A stretch of DNA of 64,000 bases from Candidatus Woesearchaeota archaeon (GTDB lineage: Archaea > Nanobdellota > Nanobdellia > Woesearchaeales > SKIA01). Under the pieces are notes generated by a model. That model saw only the letters and a list, made by a program, of their open reading frames with translations. It did not search any database and had not been told where the DNA came from. A program made the translations under genes and the position numbers. Each line of letters begins with the position of its first letter. The first letter of the stretch is position 1. Location of the stretch: the NCBI GenBank assembly GCA_046704725.1, contig JBJKRI010000007.1:1-64000 (forward strand). Reading direction: 5' to 3'. Of the stretch, positions 38,713-48,943 are shown in pieces.

Positions 38713-40611
38713 TTACTCGTGGTCGGCGATGGCTTCCGAGACCCTGGCGGCGAAGGCTCCGAGCGATTCGGCGCCGTGCACGGTCCCGTCGCGTGTGCGT
38801 ACCGTGACAGAGGTGTCTTTTTCTTCCTTGTCGCCGACGACGAGGATATAGGGTATCTGGGCGAGCTGGGCGTCGCGCACCTTCTTGTTGAGCGTGTCCT
38901 GCTTGTCGTCCACCGCGGCACGTATGCCTTCCTCCTCGAGGGTCTCGACCACTTTCCCGGCGTAGTCGTTGTGCCTGTCCGCTATCGGCAATACGCGCAC
39001 CTGCTCCGGCGACAGCCACAAGGGCAGTTTGCCGGTGTAGTGCTCCATGAGCACGCCGATGAAGCGCTCCAGGCTTCCGAGCAGTGCGCGGTGGATCATG
39101 ACGACGTGGTGCTTGGCGTTGTCCTCGCCGGTGTAGACGCAGTCGAATCGCTGTGGCAACTGGTAGTCGAGCTGTATGGTGACCGTCTGCCACTGCCGGC
39201 CCAACGCGTCCTTGATGGAGAAGTCGATCTTCGGTCCGTAGAAGGCTCCGTCACCGGCGTTGATCTCGAATTGCAATCCTGCTTCCTGCAATACTTCTGT
39301 CAGCGCTTTCTCCGCGGCGTCCCACGTCTTGACCTCTCCGAGGAACTTCTCCGGTCGCGTCGAGAGCTGGATGCGGTCGAACTCCATGTGCATGACGTCG
39401 TGGTAGATGTATTTCGCAAAATCGATGAGTCCTGCCATCTCCTGCTTGATCTGGTCCTGCCTGCAGAAGATGTGCGCGTCGTCCTGGCTGAACTTGCGCA
39501 CGCGTGTCAATCCTCCCAATACCCCGCGCAGCTCGTTGCGGTGCAATGGCGCGAAATCCGCGATCCGTACCGGCAGGTCGCGGTAGCTGTGCTGCGTCCG
39601 GTTGTAGATGAGGCAGTGGCTCGGGCAGTTCATGGGCTTGAGGCTCATGGTCTGTCCCTCGTCCTCGAGGATGAACATGTCCTCTCGGTAGTGCTCCCAG
39701 TGGCCGCTCTGCTCCCACAATGCCTTGTCGTACAATAACGGTGTGATGACCTCCTGGTAGCCGCGCTTCGGATACTCGGATCGCAGGAAAGCGAGCAGTT
39801 CGTTGTAGATGATCGCCCCTTTCGGGTAGAAGAACGGGCTTCCCGGGCTTACCTCCTCGAAGCCGTAGTAGTCGAGCTGTTTTCCGAGCACCCGGTGGTC
39901 GCGTCGCTTGGCGTCCTCGAGCCGCTCGAGGTATTCCTTCAATTGCTTCTTATCGGGGAACGTGATGCCGTAGATGCGCGTGAGCTGCTCGTTCTTGGCG
40001 TCGGCGCGCCAGTAGGCTCCGGACAGTTTGGTGAGCTTGACGGCGTTGACAAGTCCCGTCCGTGGGATGTGCGGTCCTCGGCATAGGTCGAGATACTCGC
40101 CCTGCCTGTATGAGGACAATTCCTCGTCGCTCTCGGTGATGATCTCTTTCTTGAACGGGTTGTCGGCGAAATCCTTCTCCGCCTCCGCTTTGCTCTTGTA
40201 CTCGTGCCGCTCGCTGGGGAAATCCTCTTTCGCCGCTTTCTTCATCTCATCCTCGATGCGTCCGAGGTCGTCCTCTTTTATGGGTAGGTTCGCGAAGTCG
40301 TAGTAGAACCCTCCTTCCTCCAGAGGCGGTCCGATGGTCGGCTTGGCCTCGGGGTACAATCGCTTGACCGCTTGCGCGAGCAGGTGCGCTGACGAGTGCC
40401 AGAACACGGTTTTGCCTCGCGGGTCGTCGAACGTGATGATCTCGATACTCGCGTCTTTCTCGATGGGCCGCGACAAGTCGACAAGCTCTCCGTCGATAGC
40501 GACGACCAGCGCCGCCTGCGCGAGCCGTTCGCCGATGGCTCTCGCCACGTCGAGTCCTGTCGTTCCCTTCTCGACGGTCTTCTTCGCGCCGTCCGGCAGC
40601 GTGAGCTCCAT
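38713..40611 (-). CDS. thrS: Threonyl-tRNA synthetase, bacterial-type (TGS + editing domain)
   Basis: WHSSAHLL, DLCRGPH, KPMNCP, GAFYGPKID. Confidence 0.98.
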   Translation of the reverse strand: MELTLPDGAKKTVEKGTTGLDVARAIGERLAQAALVVAIDGELVDLSRPIEKDASIEIITFDDPRGKTVFWHSSAHLLAQAVKRLYPEAKPTIGPPLEEGGFYYDFANLPIKEDDLGRIEDEMKKAAKEDFPSERHEYKSKAEAEKDFADNPFKKEIITESDEELSSYRQGEYLDLCRGPHIPRTGLVNAVKLTKLSGAYWRADAKNEQLTRIYGITFPDKKQLKEYLERLEDAKRRDHRVLGKQLDYYGFEEVSPGSPFFYPKGAIIYNELLAFLRSEYPKRGYQEVITPLLYDKALWEQSGHWEHYREDMFILEDEGQTMSLKPMNCPSHCLIYNRTQHSYRDLPVRIADFAPLHRNELRGVLGGLTRVRKFSQDDAHIFCRQDQIKQEMAGLIDFAKYIYHDVMHMEFDRIQLSTRPEKFLGEVKTWDAAEKALTEVLQEAGLQFEINAGDGAFYGPKIDFSIKDALGRQWQTVTIQLDYQLPQRFDCVYTGEDNAKHHVVMIHRALLGSLERFIGVLMEHYTGKLPLWLSPEQVRVLPIADRHNDYAGKVVETLEEEGIRAAVDDKQDTLNKKVRDAQLAQIPYILVVGDKEEKDTSVTVRTRDGTVHGAESLGAFAARVSEAIADHE

Positions 40612-40733
40612 GGTCCCCGGGCAGGGCACAGTGTTTAAAAAAGCTTGTCTCTGGAACGACGAACGAGGGGTGAACGGGCCTGCGCGGAACCCGTTGCGCA
40701 ATGCTTAAGTAGTTATTCACTCGTGCGTAGCGC

Positions 40734-41210
40734 ATGAATCTCCTGCAGCGTTGCCTCCTAACCATGAGCGCCGCGATCGCCGTGACCGGCACGGGCGCGC
40801 TCGGAGGGCTCGGAATCTCATCCGCCGTCAGGTCGCCCCGAAAGAACGCCCGAGACAACACTGTGGCGCCGGCGATGCAGGTCTACGGTTTTCCCAGCGG
40901 ACCGGATCCTTTTGGGACCCTCGATCCGCACCAGCTCCCGGATACCGTCGTCGTGGACGTTACATACAAGCAAGACGGATATCTCATCATCCGCGCTGGC
41001 CCCAAGCGCAGGAAAGACCTCAATGATTGGGAGATACGCGTGGATGGCGAGCGCAAAGAACAGGATGCGCTCGAAGCGTTGCTCACGCGCGGCAGCGAGA
41101 TACGTGTCCTCCCGGGAAAGCGACAGTACCGAGGACTGGTCGTCCAAGTGCCATGGACGCGGATCGAGCCGCTCTTCCCGAAGATGAAACCGCAGTATCT
41201 CATTCTCTGA
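40734..41210 (+). CDS. Hypothetical exported protein
   Basis: Hydrophobic N-terminus; CTTAAGTA upstream. Confidence 0.55.
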   Translation: MNLLQRCLLTMSAAIAVTGTGALGGLGISSAVRSPRKNARDNTVAPAMQVYGFPSGPDPFGTLDPHQLPDTVVVDVTYKQDGYLIIRAGPKRRKDLNDWEIRVDGERKEQDALEALLTRGSEIRVLPGKRQYRGLVVQVPWTRIEPLFPKMKPQYLIL

Positions 41211-41762
41211 CTACGTGAAGAACCAGAGCAGCGCTGGCAGTATCAGCGAGACGAGCCCGACGCCGAGCAGGATGAGCATGCGCAGGTCGCGTTCCTCTTC
41301 TTTCCACGCGCGCGCGAGCGCGGTCGCGATGAGTATGAGCCCGAGCAGTCCGAGCACGCCGAGCCGCGCGGTGTTCGGGTCGTGGTTCACGTACAGGTTG
41401 TATGTGTGCGTGTAGCTCGTGTTGCCCACGTCGAACCGCACATCTATCGTATAGTTTCCGCCGTGGGGGAACGCGTACGTGAATCCGCTGCCCCCGCCGG
41501 AAGCGGTCATCGTCGACGAGAAGCCGTTCTGGTCGTCCCCGACGATGCTCACCCACACGGCCTGCACAGGCAACGGTTGCTGGCTCGTGTTGTTGCCGAG
41601 CGTGACCAGGAACTGCGTGGGCGTTCCCGCGACGGGCTGCGCGGGGGACCACCCGAGGTCGTAGACGAGCCCGTCCTTGACGAAGTCCTTCCCCGCATCG
41701 AGGTGCGCAGCGGCGAGCGGTACGAGCAGCAAGAGAAGCGCAATCACTACCGCTGTACGCAT
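41211..41762 (-). CDS. Exported Ig-like protein with two C-terminal TM helices
   Basis: Signal peptide ending AAAH, FPHGGNYTIDV. Confidence 0.7.
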   Translation of the reverse strand: MRTAVVIALLLLLVPLAAAHLDAGKDFVKDGLVYDLGWSPAQPVAGTPTQFLVTLGNNTSQQPLPVQAVWVSIVGDDQNGFSSTMTASGGGSGFTYAFPHGGNYTIDVRFDVGNTSYTHTYNLYVNHDPNTARLGVLGLLGLILIATALARAWKEEERDLRMLILLGVGLVSLILPALLWFFT

Positions 41763-42337
41763 CAGTCCTCGTCCTCCTCGTACTCCCAGGCGTGTTTTTT
41801 CTCCTCGACCTTCTTCTCGATCTTGGGGAAGCGCTCGATCATGTTCTTCTCGTGCAGGTCGTACTTGTCCAAGGGCATGCGGAAGTACTCGCTGTAGCGT
41901 CCTTCCTGGTTCTTGTGCAGTCGTTCGATCTGCCGCGAGAAGTTCAGAGGCAATTCTGTCAGCACGGTCTCGACGAGCAGGTTGATCTTCGTCTCTCCCA
42001 GCGCTCCGCGGTCGGGCACGAGGTGGTGGCCGACAAGGTGCAGGAGCTCTCCGAACATGAACTTCTGGTCCTCGTCGTATTGGAGCGTGACCGGCTCGTG
42101 GAAGCTCCCTCCCCGGTCGCGGTCGACGATGTAGATGCGTATCTCCTCGCGGGGGATGGTGTTGCCGCTGTATTGCTCCATCTTGTAGATGCAGTCGAGT
42201 AAGAATCGGTCGGTGAGTTCTTTGAGTTCCGTGCAGCTGCCTTCGAGCTCCTGGAAGCGCTTCCAGACCTGTTCCCGGCTCTTGTGGTAGTTGAGCTGCC
42301 GGTTGTACATGTAGCTGTAGATGATCTTGATGTCCAT
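41762..42337 (-). CDS. Hypothetical protein, degenerate zincin-like
   Basis: MDIKIIYSYMY..., SFHEPVTL, GELLH instead of HELLH. Confidence 0.65.
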   Translation of the reverse strand: MDIKIIYSYMYNRQLNYHKSREQVWKRFQELEGSCTELKELTDRFLLDCIYKMEQYSGNTIPREEIRIYIVDRDRGGSFHEPVTLQYDEDQKFMFGELLHLVGHHLVPDRGALGETKINLLVETVLTELPLNFSRQIERLHKNQEGRYSEYFRMPLDKYDLHEKNMIERFPKIEKKVEEKKHAWEYEEDED

Positions 42338-42404
42338 TGGCTTTCTGCCCAACGCACTGCCGCTTTTAATGCTTTCTACGCATGGCAGAATGGAAAACGC
42401 GTGC

Positions 42405-42521
42405 TCACAGCGTGAGAAGCCCGACGATGACAAGAACGAATCCCAAGAGGATGAGCAACGCCCCGTACAGGACGTATCTCGGCTGTTCGCGGATGAAAGA
42501 CAGGTCCAAGTCGAGGTCCAT
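42405..42521 (-). CDS. 38-aa single-TM small protein
   Basis: MDLDLDLSFIREQPRYVLYGALLILLGFVLVIVGLLTL; TTTAAATA box ~25 nt upstream; below ORF-track cutoff. Confidence 0.65.
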   Translation of the reverse strand: MDLDLDLSFIREQPRYVLYGALLILLGFVLVIVGLLTL

Positions 42522-42571
42522 GTGTCGTCCAGGAGATATACGTATTTAAAGAACGCGGTTTGCGTCAGGGT

Positions 42572-43984
42572 GTGAAACGAACGAAGATCCTCATCACGCT
42601 CGGTCCGGCGACGAGCACGGAAGAACGCATTGCCGGGCTCGTCGAGGCGGGCGCCGACGCGTTCCGAATCAACATGTCGCACGGCAGCCATGAGCAATGG
42701 GAACAGCTCATCGCGACCGCGCGCTCCGTCGCCCCCGACCTTCCTGTAGTGATGGACACGAAAGGTCCCGAGTTGCGTCTGCTCGGCGTGCATGAGGAGT
42801 TCGTGCTCGAAATCGGCGAGGACCTTATCTTCTCCCTCGAGCGGAGCGAGAAGCTCCCGTACCTCTCGCATGATTTCGTTCCAGTGCTGGACCAGCGCAT
42901 CCTGCTCGATGACGGCGCGATCATCACCCGCGTCGTCGACATCAAGGACGGTGTGGTGAAGGTCCGCGCCGAGAGCAGCGGTCTCATCACGAACGAGCGT
43001 AAGGTCACGATCCCCGGCGCGTCCACGACGTTTCCCGTCCTCGACGACAAGGATGTCGCCGACCTCTCCTTCGCCGATGGTCTCGGCATCGACGCGGTGG
43101 CCTTGTCCTTCACTCGTTCCGCGAAAGACGTCGCCGAATGCCGCAAGCACGTCTCCGAGAAGGTGCTCGTCCTCGCGAAGATCGAGAACGCCGAGGGGGT
43201 CCAGGATGTCGATGCGATCGTCGAGGCGGCCGACGGCGTGATGGTCGCGCGCGGCGACCTCGGCGTCGAGATGCCGTTCGAGGAGGTCCCTCTCGTCCAG
43301 AAGCGCATCGTTGGCTTGTGCAACACCGCTGGAAAGCCTGTCATCGTCGCGACGCAGATGCTCGAGACGATGATCCATAATCCCCGCCCCACCAGGGCTG
43401 AGGCATCCGATGTGGCCAACGCGATCATCGACGGCGCTGATTGTTGCATGCTCTCCGGAGAGACCGCAATCGGGGAGTATCCTGTCGAGTCGTGCGCGAC
43501 CATGGCGCGTATCGCCGAGACGACGGACCCTACATTGGTCACGAGCATCCCGCGCGTCTCCGACAAGCATGTCGGCGTCGCCGAGGCGATGAGCAACGCG
43601 GTGTACGATATCTCCATGAACCTGGGTGTGGACGCGATCGTATCCGCGACGGCTTCGGGTTTCACCGCGCGCATGGTCGCGCGTTTCCGTCCCAAAGCGA
43701 CATTGGTCGGCGTGGCGCACGACCAGCGCGTGATGCGTCAATTGCAGCTCTCATGGGGTGTGCGTCCGTGCGTCTTCTCCGAGAAGGCGAAGAGCGCGCA
43801 CCACACCATCTTCTCCGCGGTCAGGAGCGCCTTGTCGCGCGGTCTCATCCAGGATTCCGACCGGGTGGTCGCGACCGCTGGCGTGGACACGATGAAGCAT
43901 GGCTCGACAAACCTCATCGAGGTGCATACCGTTTCGGAACTGCTCGCGTTCTATCAACGACACGGGGATGACGATCAGAAGTAG
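42572..43984 (+). CDS. pyk: Pyruvate kinase
   Basis: RTKILITLGPA, DTKGPE, MVARGDLG, ATQMLETM, MLSGETA. Confidence 0.98.
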   Translation: MKRTKILITLGPATSTEERIAGLVEAGADAFRINMSHGSHEQWEQLIATARSVAPDLPVVMDTKGPELRLLGVHEEFVLEIGEDLIFSLERSEKLPYLSHDFVPVLDQRILLDDGAIITRVVDIKDGVVKVRAESSGLITNERKVTIPGASTTFPVLDDKDVADLSFADGLGIDAVALSFTRSAKDVAECRKHVSEKVLVLAKIENAEGVQDVDAIVEAADGVMVARGDLGVEMPFEEVPLVQKRIVGLCNTAGKPVIVATQMLETMIHNPRPTRAEASDVANAIIDGADCCMLSGETAIGEYPVESCATMARIAETTDPTLVTSIPRVSDKHVGVAEAMSNAVYDISMNLGVDAIVSATASGFTARMVARFRPKATLVGVAHDQRVMRQLQLSWGVRPCVFSEKAKSAHHTIFSAVRSALSRGLIQDSDRVVATAGVDTMKHGSTNLIEVHTVSELLAFYQRHGDDDQK

Positions 43985-44799
43985 GTATCGTCTTTGAGTA
44001 TCTCGAGCACTTCTTCGTGCAGCGCGCCGTTTGTCGCAGCGAGGCTTTGACTGCCGATATGCCATTCCTTCCCGTCGAATTGCGTGACGCGTCCTCCTGC
44101 TTCGCGCACGAGCACGCAGCCGGCGCAGATGTCGTGGTCGCTCGGACCTCCTGTGATGATGTCGATGTTCCCTTGGGCGAGCTGTCCGAACGTGACGCTC
44201 CCCGCTCCGAAGATACGGACGTCCCCCACGTGCAACGTGAGCTTCCTGCGGAGCTTCAGACCGTCTTTCCGGACGCCTCCCTCGCCATAGATCGCGCGTG
44301 CCAAGACCGTCGGCTCTACACGCAGCCTCTTCTCTCCCCGCCAGGCGCCGATGCCTTCCGCGCCGTGCAGCGTGTATCCCAGGCGCGGGTATGCGATGAC
44401 TCCCACGACAGGCCTGCCTTTGAACGACAGTCCGATGTTGATCCCCCATATTTCCGACCCGCGCGCGTAGTTCCCTGTCCCGTCAATGGGGTCGAGGTAC
44501 CAGCACCAGTCGAACTCTCCGTGCCGTCCGGTCTCCTCGCCGACGATCGCGTGCTCCGGGACGCGGTCCGAGAGGAATTCGATGAGCGCGTGCTCGGTCT
44601 TGCGGTCCGCTTCTGTCACGATGCTCGACGCCAGGGTCTTCCCCGACTTCATCTCGCTTTTCACGTCGTCTTGCATGGAGAGGGCGATCTCTGCCGCGAC
44701 GACCGCTGCTTCGCGGGCGATCCGTAGGTATTCTGTGAGCGTCCCCTCGGGAACCGCGATCGTTGAGGCCTTATCTCGTGTGGAGTTCGATGATGTCAT
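43975..44799 (-). CDS. Inositol monophosphatase family protein (start uncertain)
   Basis: VTEAD, GEE, LDPIDGT.NY, HDICAG. Confidence 0.9.
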   Translation of the reverse strand: MTSSNSTRDKASTIAVPEGTLTEYLRIAREAAVVAAEIALSMQDDVKSEMKSGKTLASSIVTEADRKTEHALIEFLSDRVPEHAIVGEETGRHGEFDWCWYLDPIDGTGNYARGSEIWGINIGLSFKGRPVVGVIAYPRLGYTLHGAEGIGAWRGEKRLRVEPTVLARAIYGEGGVRKDGLKLRRKLTLHVGDVRIFGAGSVTFGQLAQGNIDIITGGPSDHDICAGCVLVREAGGRVTQFDGKEWHIGSQSLAATNGALHEEVLEILKDDTYF

Positions 44800-45865
44800 T
44801 GTCTTGGACGGTATGCGTCCCCCCTTTTCTTTGGTTCGGAAATTTGGCGCTCGGCCCGGAGACGCGCGCGTAGGTGAAGCGCGCCTCCAAGTCACGGTGG
44901 ATCTTCCTCGCCACGTCCATGATCGTCAATCCTTTACGGATGATGAGCGGTTCGTCGAGGTCCGCTTCTTTTCCGGGCTCTTTCATCCAGATGCGGATGA
45001 ATCCGAGCGTGTCGAAGATGCGTTCCTTGAGATCCTCGATGCCTTCTTTCTTGGATGCGCTGATGAACAGGTCCGGATGGTATCTCCTGGTCAATCCTCC
45101 TTTCTGGGCTGGCGACAGCAGGTCGGTCTTGTTCACGATGAGCAACGCGGGCATGTATTTCTTGTTGCCTTGCACGACGTCGAGGAATTGGTCCGCGTCT
45201 ATGGGCGTGCGGATGACGATGTCGGCGTTGAAGATACGGAACGTGCCGAGCATGTCAGATATCATCTCGTTGGTGAGTTCGGGCGTTCTCACCGTGCGTC
45301 CGATGTCCAGTCCGTCCTTGGCCTTCTTGACGATCTTCACGTCCGGCGGCTCCTCGTTGAGCCGGATGCCTGAGTCGTGTATCTCTTTCTCCAGCACCGC
45401 GAGCTCTTCCGGGCGCGTGCCGTCCAAGAGCACGATGCACATGTCGGCGCTGCGCATCGTCGCGAGCACCTCTTTTCCCCTCCCTTTTCCTGAAGCCGCC
45501 CCGGCCACGATGCCCGGCACGTCCAACACCTGTATCTGCGCTCCTTTGTACTCGAGCAGCCCGGGGATCACGGTGAGCGTTGTGAAAGCGTACGAGCCGA
45601 CTTCGCTGTCCTGGTTTGTGAGCGCGTTGAGCAAGGTGCTCTTTCCCGCGCTGGGAAAGCCGAGCAGTATGACCGTGGCGTCCCCCGAGCGGCGCACCTG
45701 GTAGCCGCTCGTCGAGGGTCCCTTGCTCGATTGGTGCTCTTGCGCCTCTCTCAACTGGGCAATCTTCGCCTTGAGCTTGCCGATGTGGTGCTGGGTCGCC
45801 TTGTTGTACTGCGTCTTGCGAATCTCTTTCTCCAGCTCCTCGATCTGCGCGCCATAGTCTGGCAT
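44771..45865 (-). CDS. DRG-family GTPase with TGS domain
   Basis: NKATQHHIGKLKAK, GFPSAGKST, YAFTT, DVPG. Confidence 0.95.
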   Translation of the reverse strand: MPDYGAQIEELEKEIRKTQYNKATQHHIGKLKAKIAQLREAQEHQSSKGPSTSGYQVRRSGDATVILLGFPSAGKSTLLNALTNQDSEVGSYAFTTLTVIPGLLEYKGAQIQVLDVPGIVAGAASGKGRGKEVLATMRSADMCIVLLDGTRPEELAVLEKEIHDSGIRLNEEPPDVKIVKKAKDGLDIGRTVRTPELTNEMISDMLGTFRIFNADIVIRTPIDADQFLDVVQGNKKYMPALLIVNKTDLLSPAQKGGLTRRYHPDLFISASKKEGIEDLKERIFDTLGFIRIWMKEPGKEADLDEPLIIRKGLTIMDVARKIHRDLEARFTYARVSGPSAKFPNQRKGGTHTVQDNDIIELHTR

Positions 45866-45961
45866 GCTTTTCGGGAAGCGCAGGGATTCTTAAGCGGTGC
45901 GGTGTGCTGCCGTCGCGCGAAACGGACGATTTTATATACGTCCGCAGCCGCTAGAGGAAGA

Positions 45962-46738
45962 ATGGCGGTCGGCTGGTACATCCTCGGCGGGCTCTTGGCG
46001 GTCTACATCCTCGCGGGCGTCAAGACCATCAATGAGTACCAGCGCGGCATCAGGTTCACTCTCGGTCGTTTCTCAAGCGTCATGAAACCCGGACTGCGCA
46101 TCGTCTTTCCCGTGGTGCAGACGTACAGCCGCGTGGACATGCGCGTCCGCGCGGTGGACGTGCCGGGGCAGGACTGTATCACGCGCGATAACATCAGCGT
46201 GAACGTGAACGCGGTCATCTACTACAAGGTGTCCGACGCGAAGAAAGCGATCCTCGAAGTCGAGCAGTACGCCTACGCGGTCAGCCAGTTGGCGCAGACC
46301 ACCATGCGCAATATCATCGGGGAGGTCGAGCTCGACGGATTGCTCGCTAGCCGCGACGAGATATCCGCTCGGATCCGCGAGATTATCGACACCTCATCAG
46401 ATCCCTGGGGCATCCATGTCCAAGCAGTGGAACTCAAGGACGTCACACTCCCTGAAGAGATGAAACGAGTCATCAGCCGACAAGCGGAGGCCGAGCGTGA
46501 GAAACGCGCAGTCATCATCAAGGCTGAGGGAGAGGTGGTCGCTGCAAAGAACATGGCGGCCGCGGCGAAGATACTCTCAGGCAGTACCGGAGCCCTGCAC
46601 CTGCGCACGTTGCAGACGCTCAATGATGTGTCTTCCGACGAGTCGAACACGATGATATTCGCGGTGCCGCTTGAGGTATTGCGAGCGTTCGAGGGCACCC
46701 CGATCGAGGCGATCAAGCGGGTGACGAAGAAGAAGTAG
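45962..46738 (+). CDS. SPFH/stomatin (slipin) protein
   Basis: EYQRG, ITRDN, AQTTMR, QAEAEREKRA. Confidence 0.95.
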   Translation: MAVGWYILGGLLAVYILAGVKTINEYQRGIRFTLGRFSSVMKPGLRIVFPVVQTYSRVDMRVRAVDVPGQDCITRDNISVNVNAVIYYKVSDAKKAILEVEQYAYAVSQLAQTTMRNIIGEVELDGLLASRDEISARIREIIDTSSDPWGIHVQAVELKDVTLPEEMKRVISRQAEAEREKRAVIIKAEGEVVAAKNMAAAAKILSGSTGALHLRTLQTLNDVSSDESNTMIFAVPLEVLRAFEGTPIEAIKRVTKKK

Positions 46739-47486
46739 TCCACTGCGCGAGCATCTCTTCCTCGATGACGTGCAGCTTTCCGGGGATGATGAGCGTGTGC
46801 GGCGGTTTCCCGAAATCCGCCTTCGAGAGCTCTTCCAGGGACGCGTAGACGATCCGCTGCGTCTTGCTCCCCAATCGTGCCACTCCCACCGCCATCGTCT
46901 TTCCGTCCACATCCAGTTTCTTGCCCTGTGAGCGTTCCAGCAGCATCTCTGCCGCTTCGGAAACCGTCATGAAGCGTCCCTGCTCTGCCTTGATGTCGAG
47001 CAGGCACAATGTGTGCAGTCCGCGCTTCTTGTTCTCTCCGATCACGTCGAGGAAGCTGTCCGGCGCCCAGTCGCCCTGGGGATACACGAACGTCGTCGTG
47101 CGTCCGTACTTGTACAGGTCCAGCCCCACCTGCCCGACGGCGTTCATGACCGACGCGTTGTGCACGATTCTCACGTCCACGCCTCGTTCTTTCGCGCGCA
47201 AGAACAGGTCGGTGTGCGTCGTCGCGCTGAACACGTCGCCGATGACCAGGAACGCCGCATCCCCTTTCTCGGCCGCGTCGAGGATTCCATCGGCCTGCTG
47301 TTCCACCCCTGCGCGTCCGAGCACCTCCACCTGCTTGCCGTAGAACCTCGCGAGATCCTCGCGCGAACACTGCAGCAGGCTCGTGTACGCTTCCAGGAAG
47401 ACGCGGTCCGCCTTCTTGACAGCCTCGAGGCCGCGGACGGTGATGTCCTTCTCGTCCGACAATCCCAGGCCGATCATGGTGAGCAT
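46713..47486 (-). CDS. dph5: Diphthine synthase
   Basis: IGLGL.DEKDITVRGLE, EAYTS, ATTH, HTLCLLDI. Confidence 0.96.
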   Translation of the reverse strand: MLTMIGLGLSDEKDITVRGLEAVKKADRVFLEAYTSLLQCSREDLARFYGKQVEVLGRAGVEQQADGILDAAEKGDAAFLVIGDVFSATTHTDLFLRAKERGVDVRIVHNASVMNAVGQVGLDLYKYGRTTTFVYPQGDWAPDSFLDVIGENKKRGLHTLCLLDIKAEQGRFMTVSEAAEMLLERSQGKKLDVDGKTMAVGVARLGSKTQRIVYASLEELSKADFGKPPHTLIIPGKLHVIEEEMLAQWTTSSSSPA

Positions 47487-47555
47487 GCTGTGGCGATGAC
47501 GTATAGCCTATAAAAATGGATACTGTCGACATTGATTTCTCGACGGCACCCTTCT

Positions 47556-47957
47556 TCAGAAATGCGGGATGACAAGACGTGAATACTTGTCATGCGCTTT
47601 CTTGAACACAGCCAACTGTCCTGTGTCCCTGGCAGCGAGATACAGACCTTGTTGCTGACAATACCCAACGAAATACCCATTCTCGCTCCCGAGGATCATT
47701 TTCTTAGCGAATCTCGAATCCAACCGTCCAGCATGCTTCTCAATATGACTGCGCGCACGGCGATAGTGGTATGCAGTAGTGCGTCCAAAATGGGTTCCTC
47801 CCAACATCCCGCCACCATATATGATGAGACCTTCTGCCACGCCCAAAGACAGATGGTGATAATCAAATGCGGCGGCGACGGCTCCAAGCGCACTTGCAGT
47901 GAAGCGATTGCCAATGGTGCTTGCAAGGATTCCGTCAAGTGCTCGTCGCCATTCCAT
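47556..47957 (-). CDS. Hypothetical membrane protein (low GC)
   Basis: Hydrophobic N-terminal half; AT-rich promoter-like region upstream. Confidence 0.55.
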   Translation of the reverse strand: MEWRRALDGILASTIGNRFTASALGAVAAAFDYHHLSLGVAEGLIIYGGGMLGGTHFGRTTAYHYRRARSHIEKHAGRLDSRFAKKMILGSENGYFVGYCQQQGLYLAARDTGQLAVFKKAHDKYSRLVIPHF

Positions 47958-48015
47958 GCGAAGAGAAATATGCAGGAATTAATAAAGTAATCACTCAATG
48001 ATGGTGATTAGTTTT

Positions 48016-48900
48016 CTATTCGCCCGCCTGAAAGGCGAGCAGGTCCTCCGTGGTGAGCTTCTGGCCTTTCTTGACCTTCTCCTCGACCGCTTCGGCCTTC
48101 TTCTTGACCATCTCCTTAGTCTTCTTCTTCTCGACGCGGGCGACTTGATGCGAGTGCTCGCCGAGCTTCTCGCGCAGCGCGTCAGCCTGGTCTATCACGC
48201 CCTGGAGCTCCTCGCGCTTGCCGTTGTACTCCTCCTTGAGCTCGGAGAATTTCTTGTAGGCCTCGTCCTCGTCGGCCTTGAGCTCATCGATGCTCTTCGA
48301 CTTCTCGATGACCTTCTCGTGGAATTCCTGGCTCTCCTCTGCCTTCTCCTGGAGGTGCTCGTGCACGCTGTCGCTCTCGGCCTTGAGCTTGTCGATGCGC
48401 TCCGACAGCTCCTTTATCTGGGCGTTCATGCCCGTCATGCCCTGGAACTCCTTGGCCGTGGCCTTGAGGTCCTTGAGCTTCTTGGTAGCTGCGCGCTCCT
48501 CCTTGTAGGGCATGGGCTCTGTCTCGAGCTTGTACTCAAGCTTCTCGATGTCCCTTTTGAGGGCTGCCGGGCTCACGTGCTTTCCCGTCTTGCTCTCGAG
48601 CTGCGAGCGTCGCTTCTCGCGGAGCTCCTTGACCTGCGAGATGAGCTCGCGTATCTCCTTGCTGTAGTTGCGTCGCTCTTTCTTCTCTTCTTGCACGGCT
48701 TGCGTGAGCTCGTCACGCTTCTGCCGCTTGGCTTTCACGTCGCGGATCTGCTCCGCGATACGGCTGCCTATCTCCGCGCGCTTCTGGAACCACTCCTCTT
48801 TTTTCTGGTTGAGCGAGGAGAGCTCTCGCTTGCGTGCGATGATGTCTTCCTGCAGGGTCTTGAGCTCCTTGCGGGCTTTCTCGATCTCGTTGTCCTTCAT
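48016..48900 (-). CDS. Archaeal coiled-coil protein (COG1340-like)
   Basis: K/E heptads, KLEYKLET, KKGQKLTTEDLL; follows rpl12. Confidence 0.85.
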   Translation of the reverse strand: MKDNEIEKARKELKTLQEDIIARKRELSSLNQKKEEWFQKRAEIGSRIAEQIRDVKAKRQKRDELTQAVQEEKKERRNYSKEIRELISQVKELREKRRSQLESKTGKHVSPAALKRDIEKLEYKLETEPMPYKEERAATKKLKDLKATAKEFQGMTGMNAQIKELSERIDKLKAESDSVHEHLQEKAEESQEFHEKVIEKSKSIDELKADEDEAYKKFSELKEEYNGKREELQGVIDQADALREKLGEHSHQVARVEKKKTKEMVKKKAEAVEEKVKKGQKLTTEDLLAFQAGE

Positions 48901-48943
48901 CTGTCTTGTATCCACGAAGGGAAAAAAGGAAAATCGGAAGGCT

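Noticed and set aside
41762-43741. 659-aa - strand ORF
   Set aside because: Only the last 191 aa (from ATG 42337) look real; the rest is the shadow of pyk
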